From the IMG/VR virus record IMGVR_UViG_2706796139_000001, positions 1-50,894 of that record: 50,894 nt of DNA; one strand, written 5' to 3'. Below are positions 27,587-36,533 of this stretch, one piece after another. The translations under genes were made by a program, and so were the position numbers. Source of the stretch: Pseudotevenvirus miller. Lineage: Duplodnaviria > Heunggongvirae > Uroviricota > Caudoviricetes > Straboviridae. The first letter of the stretch is position 1. Each line of letters begins with the position of its first letter. The notes beneath the pieces are model-generated. The model had not been told where the DNA came from. It saw nothing but the letters and a program-made list of their open reading frames with translations, and made no database searches.

Positions 27587-27899
27587 TACGTTTTTCTTTC
27601 TCCGCGTTTAATCGTATCAGAAATGATACACCAGCCAGCTTGATCAGATCAAGTGAACGCTGTGCAGAATCACGAAGGGGTTTATGTTCTTCAATCGAAC
27701 TCAACTGATTTACCAGCAGTGTATATTCATTCATGATACGTTTATAGAAATTGGGGAAGTAGTCCTGTGCGTAATTATAGGTACGCAGATCAGAGAGATT
27801 GCAAGTCAGAGACAGATCGATTTCGTCGCGGTGCAGACGGGTAATCAAATGGTCGTCTGTTTTGAGAGATTTAAGAATTTCTTCAATACTAATTTTCAT
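27579..27899 (-). CDS. Hypothetical protein
   Basis: SD GAGGA; overlaps the gene 43 start. Confidence 0.65.
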   Translation of the reverse strand: MKISIEEILKSLKTDDHLITRLHRDEIDLSLTCNLSDLRTYNYAQDYFPNFYKRIMNEYTLLVNQLSSIEEHKPLRDSAQRSLDLIKLAGVSFLIRLNAEKEKRNE

Positions 27900-27928
27900 A
27901 ATTTAGTCCTCATAATTGGTGTACAACC

Positions 27929-27966
27929 AATATAACAAAGCCCTTGCAGAAATGCAAGGGCTTTTT
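27929..27966 (-). promoter_or_regulatory. PeSL-type promoter/terminator driving gene 43
   Basis: Perfect 12-bp stem aaagcccttgca/tgcaagggcttt; TTGCAT-17-TATATT. Confidence 0.7.
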
Positions 27967-27968
27967 GA

Positions 27969-28337
27969 TTAATGTCCGATCCGGTACTTGTATTTCAAAG
28001 TCCATTCGGCTTTTTGTGCGTGGGTCAGTACGCGGAAGTTGTTTTCTTCGGAGAATTTCAGATCAGGTGTAAGGATCTTAATCATCCCCCACTCTTCCAG
28101 AAGTCTCGCAATGTTGTTGCGGCGCAATTCGTCGTCTTCGGTCATATCAACCTGGCGACCATCCAGTTTCAACAGTTCTTTGAAGTGCGTAATGAAATAG
28201 CGCCCTTGCTTCTGTAGAATATGGCACGATTGCCACAACATTTTCTTTTTGTTATTTGCGATCCCGATACGGGTCAGCGTTTCGCGAATTTTTAAAAAAC
28301 TGTCGTCGCTGGACAGCTTGATTTCGAGCATGTTCAT
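27969..28337 (-). CDS. regA: Translational repressor RegA
   Basis: FLKIRETLTRIGIANNK, QSCHILQKQGRYFITHFKE. Confidence 0.95.
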   Translation of the reverse strand: MNMLEIKLSSDDSFLKIRETLTRIGIANNKKKMLWQSCHILQKQGRYFITHFKELLKLDGRQVDMTEDDELRRNNIARLLEEWGMIKILTPDLKFSEENNFRVLTHAQKAEWTLKYKYRIGH

Positions 28338-28340
28338 ATA

Positions 28341-28913
28341 TCACCATTTCTTTATTAATTGTTCAACCTTTTTCTGGTCAGTTTTATTTTTCACAACAAC
28401 AGCCAACACAGATAAAGCAACTTTCATATTTTTACGCTTCCACTCAGAAAGTTTATCCAACGATTTGAGTTCTTCGTAATACTCCATTGCTATACGTGTA
28501 TTTACACCATACCGTTTTTGGAGAACATACAAGATAACTTTCATTTCGTTATCTTCGGTGAGTTTAGCCCACGCCCCGAATCGCTTACCTTTGCGCACGG
28601 TATGCAAATAATAATTAAAGTGCGCCTGGTCAGGTAGACCGGAACCAATCATATTCATTGTGTATGCAGGGATCAGCGTGTCGATGTGCTGGCTCATTGC
28701 ATTGTCAATAAAATACTTGTCATAGGTATCGAGTCCGGCAATTACCAGAGGTTTCTTGCCGTCATTCAACTCTTCCAGGATCATGAACAAGGTGTTTTCC
28801 TTGTCCTTCCCGTAACCTTTTACAAGTTCTTCGATCTTGTCCCAATCTTTAGAACGCCAGGCCGCTTCATGTTCGTTCAATTCATCTTCATCGAGAAAAG
28901 CAGCCAGTGACAT
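28341..28913 (-). CDS. 62: Clamp loader small subunit
   Basis: DNAMSQHIDT, FNYYLHTVRKGKRF; synteny. Confidence 0.88.
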   Translation of the reverse strand: MSLAAFLDEDELNEHEAAWRSKDWDKIEELVKGYGKDKENTLFMILEELNDGKKPLVIAGLDTYDKYFIDNAMSQHIDTLIPAYTMNMIGSGLPDQAHFNYYLHTVRKGKRFGAWAKLTEDNEMKVILYVLQKRYGVNTRIAMEYYEELKSLDKLSEWKRKNMKVALSVLAVVVKNKTDQKKVEQLIKKW

Positions 28914-28915
28914 AA

Positions 28916-29914
28916 TCAGCCCTCCCAGGCCAGGGTAAGCATTAAACCCATGAACAGGTATTGCAGGTGAATTTCTTTGTTAATCGCCAGCCCGTACTGT
29001 GCGTTGTTTTCGCCTACTGCCTGAATCAAAGCAACTTTAGATTCGTTGGTAACAATCGGGTAAACCGCGTCCAGCAATTTAGCAAGGAACGTTTCATACT
29101 CAGGCGCATACTTAATCGCTTCGGATCGCAGCGCTTTGAAGTTTTTCGTTTTAAGCGCCTCAATCACTGGTGTGATGTCCGAACCTACGATCTCACTGAG
29201 AATACCAGCATCGATTTTACCGCGCTTAGAATAGAACCCAAGAGCTTTTACGATGGATCGTGCATCAGGGTAGTGTTTCTTAACGAACGCAGCGATAACC
29301 TGTTGGTCATACTCGATTCCTTCGATTTCCAGAATACCAAAGCAACGTTTAATCATTTGCTTCATCAGATCAATACGTTCTTCTTTAGAAGGAGAACCGA
29401 ATTTAATCGGAGGACAGCGAGACAACAGCGCCGGATGAATACCGTTAATGTTGTTAGCACTAACAATAACCGTTACGTTTTTGCTGTATGCTTCGATAAA
29501 GCTACGCATGTGCTTCTGTGCTTCTGCCATACCAGGTCGATCGAATTCGTCAATAAGGATGATTTTACCGCCTTTCTTCTGAGTCATTGAGGATGCAAAG
29601 CGATCCAAATCAGAACGGATAAAGTTGACACCACAATCGGAACCGTTAACAAACATCACTTCTGCATCAACTTCCGCACCCAGAACCAGCGCAAGTGTGG
29701 TTTTACCAGTACCAGGGGAATCAGAAACCAGTGTCATGTTGTCGATGCGACCAGACTTGATAAACCCACGCATAATTTCTTTATCAGCAGCAGGAAGAAT
29801 ACATTCATCAATCGTGGTCGGTCGGTAGCGTTGATCCCATGCGAATTCATCAGGAGATTGGGAAATTTTGCCGTATTTGGTTTCGATCAGTTGTACGTTT
29901 TCACTAAGTTCCAT
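28916..29914 (-). CDS. 44: Clamp loader AAA+ subunit
   Basis: RYRPTTIDECILP, PGTGKTT, IDEFD, SRC motif. Confidence 0.95.
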   Translation of the reverse strand: MELSENVQLIETKYGKISQSPDEFAWDQRYRPTTIDECILPAADKEIMRGFIKSGRIDNMTLVSDSPGTGKTTLALVLGAEVDAEVMFVNGSDCGVNFIRSDLDRFASSMTQKKGGKIILIDEFDRPGMAEAQKHMRSFIEAYSKNVTVIVSANNINGIHPALLSRCPPIKFGSPSKEERIDLMKQMIKRCFGILEIEGIEYDQQVIAAFVKKHYPDARSIVKALGFYSKRGKIDAGILSEIVGSDITPVIEALKTKNFKALRSEAIKYAPEYETFLAKLLDAVYPIVTNESKVALIQAVGENNAQYGLAINKEIHLQYLFMGLMLTLAWEG

Positions 29915-29937
29915 AATATTACCTTCAATTTATTATC

Positions 29938-29956
29938 AAAAAGGGGCCGAAGCCCC
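29938..29956 (-). terminator. Terminator with cUUCGg loop
   Basis: ggggc-ttcg-gcccc-ttttt on the minus strand. Confidence 0.7.
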
Positions 29957-29968
29957 ATTCATACTATC

Positions 29969-30634
29969 TTACTTGAACTGGCTGGTTGCTTCAAGTACAA
30001 CCACGTAGGCAACGCCATTTTCGGAAGAGAATTTTGCAGCGCCCTGTGCAGAGATTTCAACTTTGTAATCGCTGTTGATGAACTGCATGTTGTCAATTTT
30101 CATATCGAAATTGAAAACGTTGTCACCTTCATACTCACCAACTTCAACAGAGAATGTTGATTGGCTTTCTTTACTTTTCGCGGTGATTACCAGTTTGCCG
30201 TTGATTGGTTCAACAGACAGGTCGGTCAGTTTCATCATGCGTGATGCTTTGATCAGCTTTTCGAAATCGTTAGCGCTAATCTGGAAAATCAGATCCGCTA
30301 CAGGCATTTGCAGACGCTTTTTAGGTTTGACGATAGTCGTCGGATCACATGAACGCTCAACGATTTTCATTTTCTCGCCGCGAATAACGATTTCGCCAGT
30401 GGACAGATCGTGTTTTACGTCAGCATCAGTACCAACAACGTTCATCATGTTCAGGAATGAGTTCAGATCGTAGATACCTACATCTTCGTCGATTACATCG
30501 GGAATTTCGGCTTCCGCATAAACCACGCTGTTAATAGATTTCGTCATAATGAACGAACCTTTGGTCAGCATAATAGACGGGTTGATCTGGGAGAAGTTTT
30601 TTAGGATATCAATTGTTTGTTTTGAGAATTTCAT
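29969..30634 (-). CDS. 45: Sliding clamp
   Basis: MKFSKQTIDILKNFSQINPSI, IYDLNSFL. Confidence 0.93.
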   Translation of the reverse strand: MKFSKQTIDILKNFSQINPSIMLTKGSFIMTKSINSVVYAEAEIPDVIDEDVGIYDLNSFLNMMNVVGTDADVKHDLSTGEIVIRGEKMKIVERSCDPTTIVKPKKRLQMPVADLIFQISANDFEKLIKASRMMKLTDLSVEPINGKLVITAKSKESQSTFSVEVGEYEGDNVFNFDMKIDNMQFINSDYKVEISAQGAAKFSSENGVAYVVVLEATSQFK

Positions 30635-30654
30635 ATTCAACCTATAGTATTCAA

Positions 30655-30939
30655 TTAGGCAAAAGTGCCGTTAATCAGAGTTGCTACTACATTATCAGCA
30701 GCGTTATCGAGTAATTTCTTGCTTTCGGATTCGTTGACTTTATTACCCGCTTCGCGAGCGTCCAGAACTAATCCACGGTGTGCAGCTAAAACTGCTTCAT
30801 CGACACGTTTATAATGCTCGAAGCGTTCAGCTTGAGGCATAGCAGAAAACATCGCCTTTACTTGTCCAGGCACTTTACCTACCCATGCTTTACGAACATT
30901 GTTCAGGTGTGCAACATATACATTTTGTTCTAAATTCAT
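30655..30939 (-). CDS. rpbA: RNA polymerase-binding protein A
   Basis: NNVRKAWV..HYKRVD resembles RpbA; upstream of gene 45. Confidence 0.65.
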   Translation of the reverse strand: MNLEQNVYVAHLNNVRKAWVGKVPGQVKAMFSAMPQAERFEHYKRVDEAVLAAHRGLVLDAREAGNKVNESESKKLLDNAADNVVATLINGTFA

Positions 30940-30962
30940 AATTACCTCAAACTTTCAGAATT

Positions 30963-30978
30963 GGGGGCTTTCGCCCCC
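30963..30978 (-). terminator. GNRA hairpin after gene 32
   Basis: gggggc-gaaa-gccccc on the minus strand; near-identical hairpins at 21853-21868 and 23635-23650. Confidence 0.55.
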
Positions 30979-30986
30979 GTTAAGCA

Positions 30987-31967
30987 TTACAGATCCAGCA
31001 GTTTATCCAGGTCGTCATCACCGGAAGTGTTATCCAGATCAAACGGAGTATCGTCTTCTGGTACAGAACCACCAACATTCAGTTGATTGACACCACCAGA
31101 TTCTTTAACGCTACCGGACTGATTGCCATTATCGAAGTTTTTCAGATCCGCGTCAAATGAGTTTAACTCGCTATCCAAATCAGCACCAGCGCTTGAACCA
31201 GCACCCATTGCAGCACCGCCACCGAATACTTTGGTGAACTTCGCGGTCAGTTCAGCAGTAGGCTTAAACTGATCAGGTGCGGTAATAGGACGGAGGTCGC
31301 TCATACCTTCGAAAATCGCTTTCTGAACTGCTTCATCGTCGATACCTTTAATCGGGCCAGGTACACCAAATGTGCTGTCGTCGTAGTTAGGCCAGTCGCC
31401 TACTTTCTTCGCTTTCAGGGTGAAGTTAGCACCAGCAAACGGACAGGTTACAGCAATACCAGGTTCATCCAGATCAGGGTTGCCAGCGATGGTTGCGGTG
31501 ATTTTATCCATAATCTTCTTACCGAAGCGGAATTTAAACACTTTACCTTCGTTTTCTGGATTGCCTGGATCTTTAATTACCAGAATGTTAGCCCAGAATG
31601 ATTGTTTACGTCCGATTTGCCCCAACAGTTTATCGGCTTCACCGCCTTTGTTGGCTTTTGCTTTTTCGAACAGGTCGTTATCAGTAATATACTGACATAC
31701 AGGACAACCATCATAATCACCGTGAGTAGACGGGCAATTTTCGATATACCACTGATTCTGTTTTTTGAATGAATGGTTGACGATACGGACGAATGCTAAT
31801 TCATCATCGGAGCGGTTAGGCAGGAAACGAATCACTGCGGAACCGTTTTTCTGTGCATCCAGAGTTAATTTCCACTCTTTTTCGTCTTTCTGAAAACCGG
31901 AGGAACCTTTCAGGGCTGCAACTTGTTCTTGAAGTTTAGTTGGATCTTGACGTTTGAAAAAGGACAT
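30987..31967 (-). CDS. 32: Single-stranded DNA-binding protein
   Basis: AVIRFLP, HSFK..WYIENCPSTHGDYDGCPVC, acidic tail DDDLDKLLDL. Confidence 0.96.
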   Translation of the reverse strand: MSFFKRQDPTKLQEQVAALKGSSGFQKDEKEWKLTLDAQKNGSAVIRFLPNRSDDELAFVRIVNHSFKKQNQWYIENCPSTHGDYDGCPVCQYITDNDLFEKAKANKGGEADKLLGQIGRKQSFWANILVIKDPGNPENEGKVFKFRFGKKIMDKITATIAGNPDLDEPGIAVTCPFAGANFTLKAKKVGDWPNYDDSTFGVPGPIKGIDDEAVQKAIFEGMSDLRPITAPDQFKPTAELTAKFTKVFGGGAAMGAGSSAGADLDSELNSFDADLKNFDNGNQSGSVKESGGVNQLNVGGSVPEDDTPFDLDNTSGDDDLDKLLDL

Positions 31968-31970
31968 ATA

Positions 31971-32636
31971 TTATTTCTCGTTTAGTTTAATTAAGGTTTG
32001 TTTCATTAAGTTTCGGTATTTTACGATTTCTTCGTTACTGATTTCAACTAATTTTCTGTACGCGTTTAGTTTTTTGCTAAATTCATTCCAGACGAAATCT
32101 GTAGCAATTTCATCGTGTTTATTTATGATGTCTAAAAACGAATCGAGGATCAAGAAAGATTCGTAAGAAATCACCCCTGATTGAACGAGTTTACTGATAT
32201 AAGAAGTGGACGATTTAACGCTATACTGAAACACCGTTGATAGGGGTATACCTTTCATGCGGGAAAATTCATACAGGTTTTTTACATCTTCCACGAAAAT
32301 ATTATCAATTCGTCGCAACTTACCAATGTATTGACGATAAAACACGATCGTATCTTCGTCTACATCCCCAACCCAAAAGTCGGGGTTAGCCACCATATTG
32401 CAGAGTAGTATAAGGTAAATCTCCTTGAAAGTAAACCTTTCGGCTAACTTTGTGAAAAAATACCTATCTTTTCTCTTTTGGAACGCTTGTTCAGTGATCT
32501 TTATTTCCCATTTGTACTTGATCGCGTCATACCTTCCCGCAAAGTGATTTTTCATCACCAGATACAGTTTGTATACCGCAATCGGTTTCAAACGGGAATT
32601 AGCGTCTGAACTTCCAAACGGGGTTTTAAATTTCAC
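31971..32636 (-). CDS. 59: Helicase loader
   Basis: VYKLYL.MKNHF.GRYD.IKY, KRKDRYFF; synteny. Confidence 0.9.
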   Translation of the reverse strand: MKFKTPFGSSDANSRLKPIAVYKLYLVMKNHFAGRYDAIKYKWEIKITEQAFQKRKDRYFFTKLAERFTFKEIYLILLCNMVANPDFWVGDVDEDTIVFYRQYIGKLRRIDNIFVEDVKNLYEFSRMKGIPLSTVFQYSVKSSTSYISKLVQSGVISYESFLILDSFLDIINKHDEIATDFVWNEFSKKLNAYRKLVEISNEEIVKYRNLMKQTLIKLNEK

Positions 32637-32884
32637 ATGAAATCATCCAGAGTTTGCGTTGTTGTGTGGTCTTTAGCCACAGAAGGACGCAACAAATTAT
32701 TTTTGATTGCTTCATCGCTAATCTTGTCAATGATAGCTTTCGGAACAGTTTTATTCAACATGGAATAGTCGATACTATTTTCATCCATCCACTGTAACGT
32801 TGCTTCCATGTAGGTTGCCCCTTCTGAGGCAACCAGATTTTCGATGTACAAGCCTACTTCGGTTTTATTTCCGATTTCGCTCAT
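32633..32884 (-). CDS. 33: Late transcription coactivator
   Basis: IENLV..YMEATLQWMDENSI, NNLLRPS. Confidence 0.85.
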   Translation of the reverse strand: MSEIGNKTEVGLYIENLVASEGATYMEATLQWMDENSIDYSMLNKTVPKAIIDKISDEAIKNNLLRPSVAKDHTTTQTLDDFM

Positions 32885-32885
32885 T

Positions 32886-33149
32886 TTACGCCTTATCGAT
32901 CACATCGTAAAGTTCGATCAGTTCGTTGTTTTGTTCTTCGAACTCGGTACGCGCCTGGTTGTGATACAGGTTGAACAGCTTGCTAAACGTTTTACCGTCG
33001 ATGCCGTAGTCAGTTTTCGCTTTGGATTTGATATCTTTCAGCGTACCCTGATGAATTTCGATCTGGGTTTTGACGTTGGAAGCATCTTTGATCATGTCTT
33101 TGATTGCTTTGGCAATATCAGGGTTTTCTTGCAGTAATTCTACACTCAT
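32886..33149 (-). CDS. dsbA: dsDNA-binding protein
   Basis: GIDGKTFSKLFNLYH, ELYD; synteny. Confidence 0.88.
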   Translation of the reverse strand: MSVELLQENPDIAKAIKDMIKDASNVKTQIEIHQGTLKDIKSKAKTDYGIDGKTFSKLFNLYHNQARTEFEEQNNELIELYDVIDKA

Positions 33150-33158
33150 TTTGTTACC

Positions 33159-34094
33159 TCAAAAATCACTTAATTTTTCATACATACGGACAAGTTTGTT
33201 TTCCATGAAGTATTTCTCCATTTTGGCCTTGTTGCCCGTTTTCGGATTATTGTACGCTTTTTCAATTTCATCTGCAACATCTTTTGGAATAAAATCGAAA
33301 TCTCGTAGTTCTTCGTTTTCTCTGTACCGTGCGGCCCATTCAGGGGTCATGTGTACAGTTGGGTCGTCGGCTTCAAGCCACAATTCAAGTTCGTTCGCAC
33401 GAATTTGCGGTGCTCGTTCACCTTCCACTTTCGTAACAATATAGTCGTTTCTCATTTTAATACAAGCGATACTATCTTTTTTATCGCCCTTAATGATCTT
33501 CATACGTAAATCATTACGAGGTGTACCATACTTCGGCGTAACCCATTTCTTCTGGGTAGGCGACCATTGTCGAACACCTTGATATTTTTGCAGTGCCGTA
33601 AAGTCGCTATCTGCTGATACAATCAGGACTCGCTTACCTTGCGCTACTGCGTTTTTTGTAACGACACCTATAATATCATCGGCTTCTGCGAAGTCAACCC
33701 TCAAGCCTTTGTACGGAAGATTTTCGCGGATCTCGTCGTAAGTCGGGTGAAGGAAACCGTTCAAAAAATCCCAGTCCCATTCAGATTCCGCGTGTTCCAT
33801 TTGTCGTTTCTTTTTGTAGTACCAGGCTTTACTTCTTCGCCAATACTTGTTATCATCAAAGGCTAAGACAATTTCTGGATACTCACCTTTGAATTTAACC
33901 ACGTTGTACCGGATTGTGTCAAGAACAATGTGACGAATAATTTGTTGATTGATGTCTTTCTGGTCTTTCGGCTTGAAGTTGTTCATCAACGTTGCTACCG
34001 AAAGGTTCGATATATCTACACACATCACATCAACAGGATCGTCGTCATTACTCATAAGACTGTTCAAATTGAACATGCTTGCAAATGAAGACAT
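33159..34094 (-). CDS. rnh: T4-type RNase H / 5'-3' exonuclease
   Basis: YWRR..WYYKKKR, EADDIIG, SADSDFTAL, GDKKDSIA. Confidence 0.93.
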   Translation of the reverse strand: MSSFASMFNLNSLMSNDDDPVDVMCVDISNLSVATLMNNFKPKDQKDINQQIIRHIVLDTIRYNVVKFKGEYPEIVLAFDDNKYWRRSKAWYYKKKRQMEHAESEWDWDFLNGFLHPTYDEIRENLPYKGLRVDFAEADDIIGVVTKNAVAQGKRVLIVSADSDFTALQKYQGVRQWSPTQKKWVTPKYGTPRNDLRMKIIKGDKKDSIACIKMRNDYIVTKVEGERAPQIRANELELWLEADDPTVHMTPEWAARYRENEELRDFDFIPKDVADEIEKAYNNPKTGNKAKMEKYFMENKLVRMYEKLSDF

Positions 34095-34124
34095 ATCAAT
34101 ACCTCTTGTTGTTGAATGGTGATG

Positions 34125-34152
34125 ATTATAGTGATCACTTTTTCAAAGTCAA
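34125..34152 (-). promoter_or_regulatory. Leftward sigma70-type promoter
   Basis: TTGACT-16-TATAAT. Confidence 0.65.
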
Positions 34153-34170
34153 TAGATCACTTCAAGATTC

Positions 34171-34328
34171 TGAGCGAAGCGAAGGACACGAACGTAGTGA
34201 GTGTCTAACTACAGAACTACACTTTTAAATTTTTATATTTTATATATAGAGAAAAATGTAGTTTTTGGTATGTTTTTTAACCAATATTACCTATCCGTTT
34301 CGCTTCGCTCACGGAAACGCTTCGCGTT
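34171..34328. repeat. Nested inverted repeats and hairpins around an AT-rich core
   Basis: Perfect 13-bp inverted repeat tgagcgaagcgaa (34171-34183) / ttcgcttcgctca (34299-34311); hairpins at 34185-34205, 34295-34314 and 34316-34328; inner aactaca/tgtagtt repeat. Confidence 0.85.
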
Positions 34329-34361
34329 GTTTTTATTAAATAATATAGATTGGAAGTAGGT

Positions 34362-34390
34362 TTGAAACCCGTAATTCCATCAGCTATAAT
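34362..34390 (+). promoter_or_regulatory. Rightward sigma70-type promoter
   Basis: TTGAAA-17-TATAAT. Confidence 0.7.
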
Positions 34391-34415
34391 GAATGTATTC
34401 AATTTGGAGAATATA

Positions 34416-34931
34416 ATGACTACTAAGATTTATGCAGATAATGATAAGCTGTATCCGGTAATGTGTAAGTGGAAACAGCAGATCCGTGAAACTGGTGATC
34501 GCAAAATGCCTGATGAACTGGGTATTGCAATCATGAACATCGCTCACGGTTTGGCCCGTCGATATAACTTCAACCGTTATTCCGAAGATTGGAAAATGGA
34601 TATGATCGATGATGGTATTTCCGCTACGATTTCCGGTTTACATAATTTTGATGAAACCAAATATACAAACGTTTATGGGTATATCAACAAGGCTTGCTGG
34701 CAAGCGTTTGTAACCCGCATTCTTTACGAGAAGAAAGAGAACGCGAAAAAATACAAATACTTCCTGGAACACGTTTACGATAGTGACGATACTGATATGA
34801 CCGCGATAGCTGATGAAACTTTCATTCAGGATATCCATGATAAACTTAATCAGTACGAAGAGTCTGCGAAAAAACCTAAAGATAAAATCGAGGTTGTGGA
34901 CGAATCGCCAACTTTGGAAATGTTTCTATGA
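34416..34931 (+). CDS. 55: Late-promoter sigma factor gp55
   Basis: IAHGLARRYNFNRYSEDWKMDMIDDGI, NFDETKY.N...YI.KACWQAFV.RI; SD GGAG before ATG 34416. Confidence 0.92.
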   Translation: MTTKIYADNDKLYPVMCKWKQQIRETGDRKMPDELGIAIMNIAHGLARRYNFNRYSEDWKMDMIDDGISATISGLHNFDETKYTNVYGYINKACWQAFVTRILYEKKENAKKYKYFLEHVYDSDDTDMTAIADETFIQDIHDKLNQYEESAKKPKDKIEVVDESPTLEMFL

Positions 34932-35155
34932 AAATTAAAATTGACCTGAACAAAATTTTAGCAGATGCTGACAACGAAATTGATCTGCTTCCTTACCTTG
35001 TGAAATTAGAGTTGCAGAACGTAGGTGTTCCCGTTATCATCGACCCTACTGATGTACGAGATCCAGACTTCGCTATAGAAAGTGGACGTTTGGACTATGT
35101 AATAAATGCCGATACAATGATCATGGAGATCACTTACTATGAACAAGCAGCATGA
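34928..35155 (+). CDS. Hypothetical protein (a-gt.5 position)
   Basis: ATGA coupling to gene 55; synteny. Confidence 0.6.
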   Translation: MKIKIDLNKILADADNEIDLLPYLVKLELQNVGVPVIIDPTDVRDPDFAIESGRLDYVINADTMIMEITYYEQAA

Positions 35156-35486
35156 AGTATTAGACGAAGTGGCGCACGAGAAAACAGCAACAGAACTTCG
35201 TGAAGAAGAACTGGAATCCCTGAAAGGTACGCGTGTTGAACAGGAAGCGCTACGCAAAGCACAGAAGTATATGCGTAAGAACCGCGCTGAATGGAAACGA
35301 CTTCACAAACACGCTGAAAATGCCCTGTTTGATGGTAACAAAGCACAGTATGTGTACGCTATCAAAAAGATGCGTGATATGCTCAAACAACCATACAACG
35401 ATGAACTGATTGAAACGATGTGGATCACTTCAAATCAACAGCTTAAAGATCTGTTCATCATGGCTTCTGAAAAATACGGTAAATAA
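35139..35486 (+). CDS. a-gt.4-like protein
   Basis: KRLHKHAENALFDGN..YVYAIKKMR..KQP. Confidence 0.65.
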   Translation: MNKQHEVLDEVAHEKTATELREEELESLKGTRVEQEALRKAQKYMRKNRAEWKRLHKHAENALFDGNKAQYVYAIKKMRDMLKQPYNDELIETMWITSNQQLKDLFIMASEKYGK

Positions 35487-35504
35487 ACCCCTTCGGGGGT
35501 TTTT
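35486..35504 (+). terminator. Terminator with UUCG loop
   Basis: aacccc-ttcg-ggggttttt. Confidence 0.7.
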
Positions 35505-35513
35505 GAGGTTCTT

Positions 35514-36533
35514 ATGAATTATGTTTTAATTGGTGATACACATGCAGGACTTCGCCAGGATAACCCCTGGAACGAAGAAAACCTGTATGCGGTATTCAAA
35601 CAGATTGTAGAATATTGCAAAGAAAACGGGATCACTCGCGGTTTCCATGCTGGCGATTTCTTTGATGTTCGAAAAGCAACCACACAGACAACGATGAACT
35701 TCGTTCGTGAAAAGCTGGTTCCTCTTCTGATTGAGGCGGGGATCACGCTGGATGTTCTGGTCGGCAACCACGATTGCCAGTTTAAAGACCGTATACGCCC
35801 CAACGCGCCACGCGAGATATTAAGTCAATACGAATGTTTCAATGTCATTGATGAACCGACTACGGTTGATTTAGGCAACGGGAATTCGATCGACCTGATA
35901 CCGTGGATCTGTCAGGAAAACAGTCACAGGATTTTCGAGTTTATCAAACAGTCAAAATCGAATTACTGCCTGGGACACTTCGAACTGTCTGGTTATTATT
36001 TCTACAAGAACAGCAAAGCCGATCATGGGCTAGAACCTGATTTCTTGAAGAAGTACGAGCGCGTTTATTCTGGACACTATCACCACGCTAACGAGGGTGA
36101 TAACGTGTTTTACATTGGTACGCCTCTGACTATGAGCGCGAACGATGAAGACGAAACACGGGGTTTCTATGAATTTACTGGTTCCCCTGAACTAACGTTC
36201 ATTGCAAATCCAGTTTGCCACCATCGCCGGATCATGTATCCTTCACAAAAGGATGTCGATTTAGAACAGTTCCGTAATTGTTCTGTACGTCTGATTGTCA
36301 GTGAAGTTGACAGCGGTCTTGCCAAGTTCCAAACCAAGATCGAAGAAATTGCACATGAAATCAGCATCATCGACAAAATCCAGACTGATTCGAACGTCGA
36401 TACAGATTTTGAGATCAAGACCGTTCGTGGCCTGATCGGGGAATACATCGCTAACATGCAAATAAGCGACGACGAAAAAGAAGACGTTAACAAGCTGATA
36501 AGTGAACTTTACGCGGAGGTGTCAAGTGCATGA
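35514..36533 (+). CDS. 47: Recombination endonuclease subunit (Mre11/SbcD-like)
   Basis: GDTHAG, GDFFD, GNHD, GHFE, SGHYH. Confidence 0.95.
   Translation: MNYVLIGDTHAGLRQDNPWNEENLYAVFKQIVEYCKENGITRGFHAGDFFDVRKATTQTTMNFVREKLVPLLIEAGITLDVLVGNHDCQFKDRIRPNAPREILSQYECFNVIDEPTTVDLGNGNSIDLIPWICQENSHRIFEFIKQSKSNYCLGHFELSGYYFYKNSKADHGLEPDFLKKYERVYSGHYHHANEGDNVFYIGTPLTMSANDEDETRGFYEFTGSPELTFIANPVCHHRRIMYPSQKDVDLEQFRNCSVRLIVSEVDSGLAKFQTKIEEIAHEISIIDKIQTDSNVDTDFEIKTVRGLIGEYIANMQISDDEKEDVNKLISELYAEVSSA

Noticed and set aside
21853-30978. Repeated gggggctttcgcccc sequences as a CRISPR array or mobile repeat
   Set aside because: They are dispersed, sit at gene ends and have terminator geometry; there is no repeat-spacer periodicity.
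34350-34415. N-terminal extensions in the ORF track (55, rki 38661, SprT 6238, 56 18244, td 41853, rIIA 3158 and others)
   Set aside because: They run through promoters or upstream genes; downstream ATGs have good SD sequences and match family starts.
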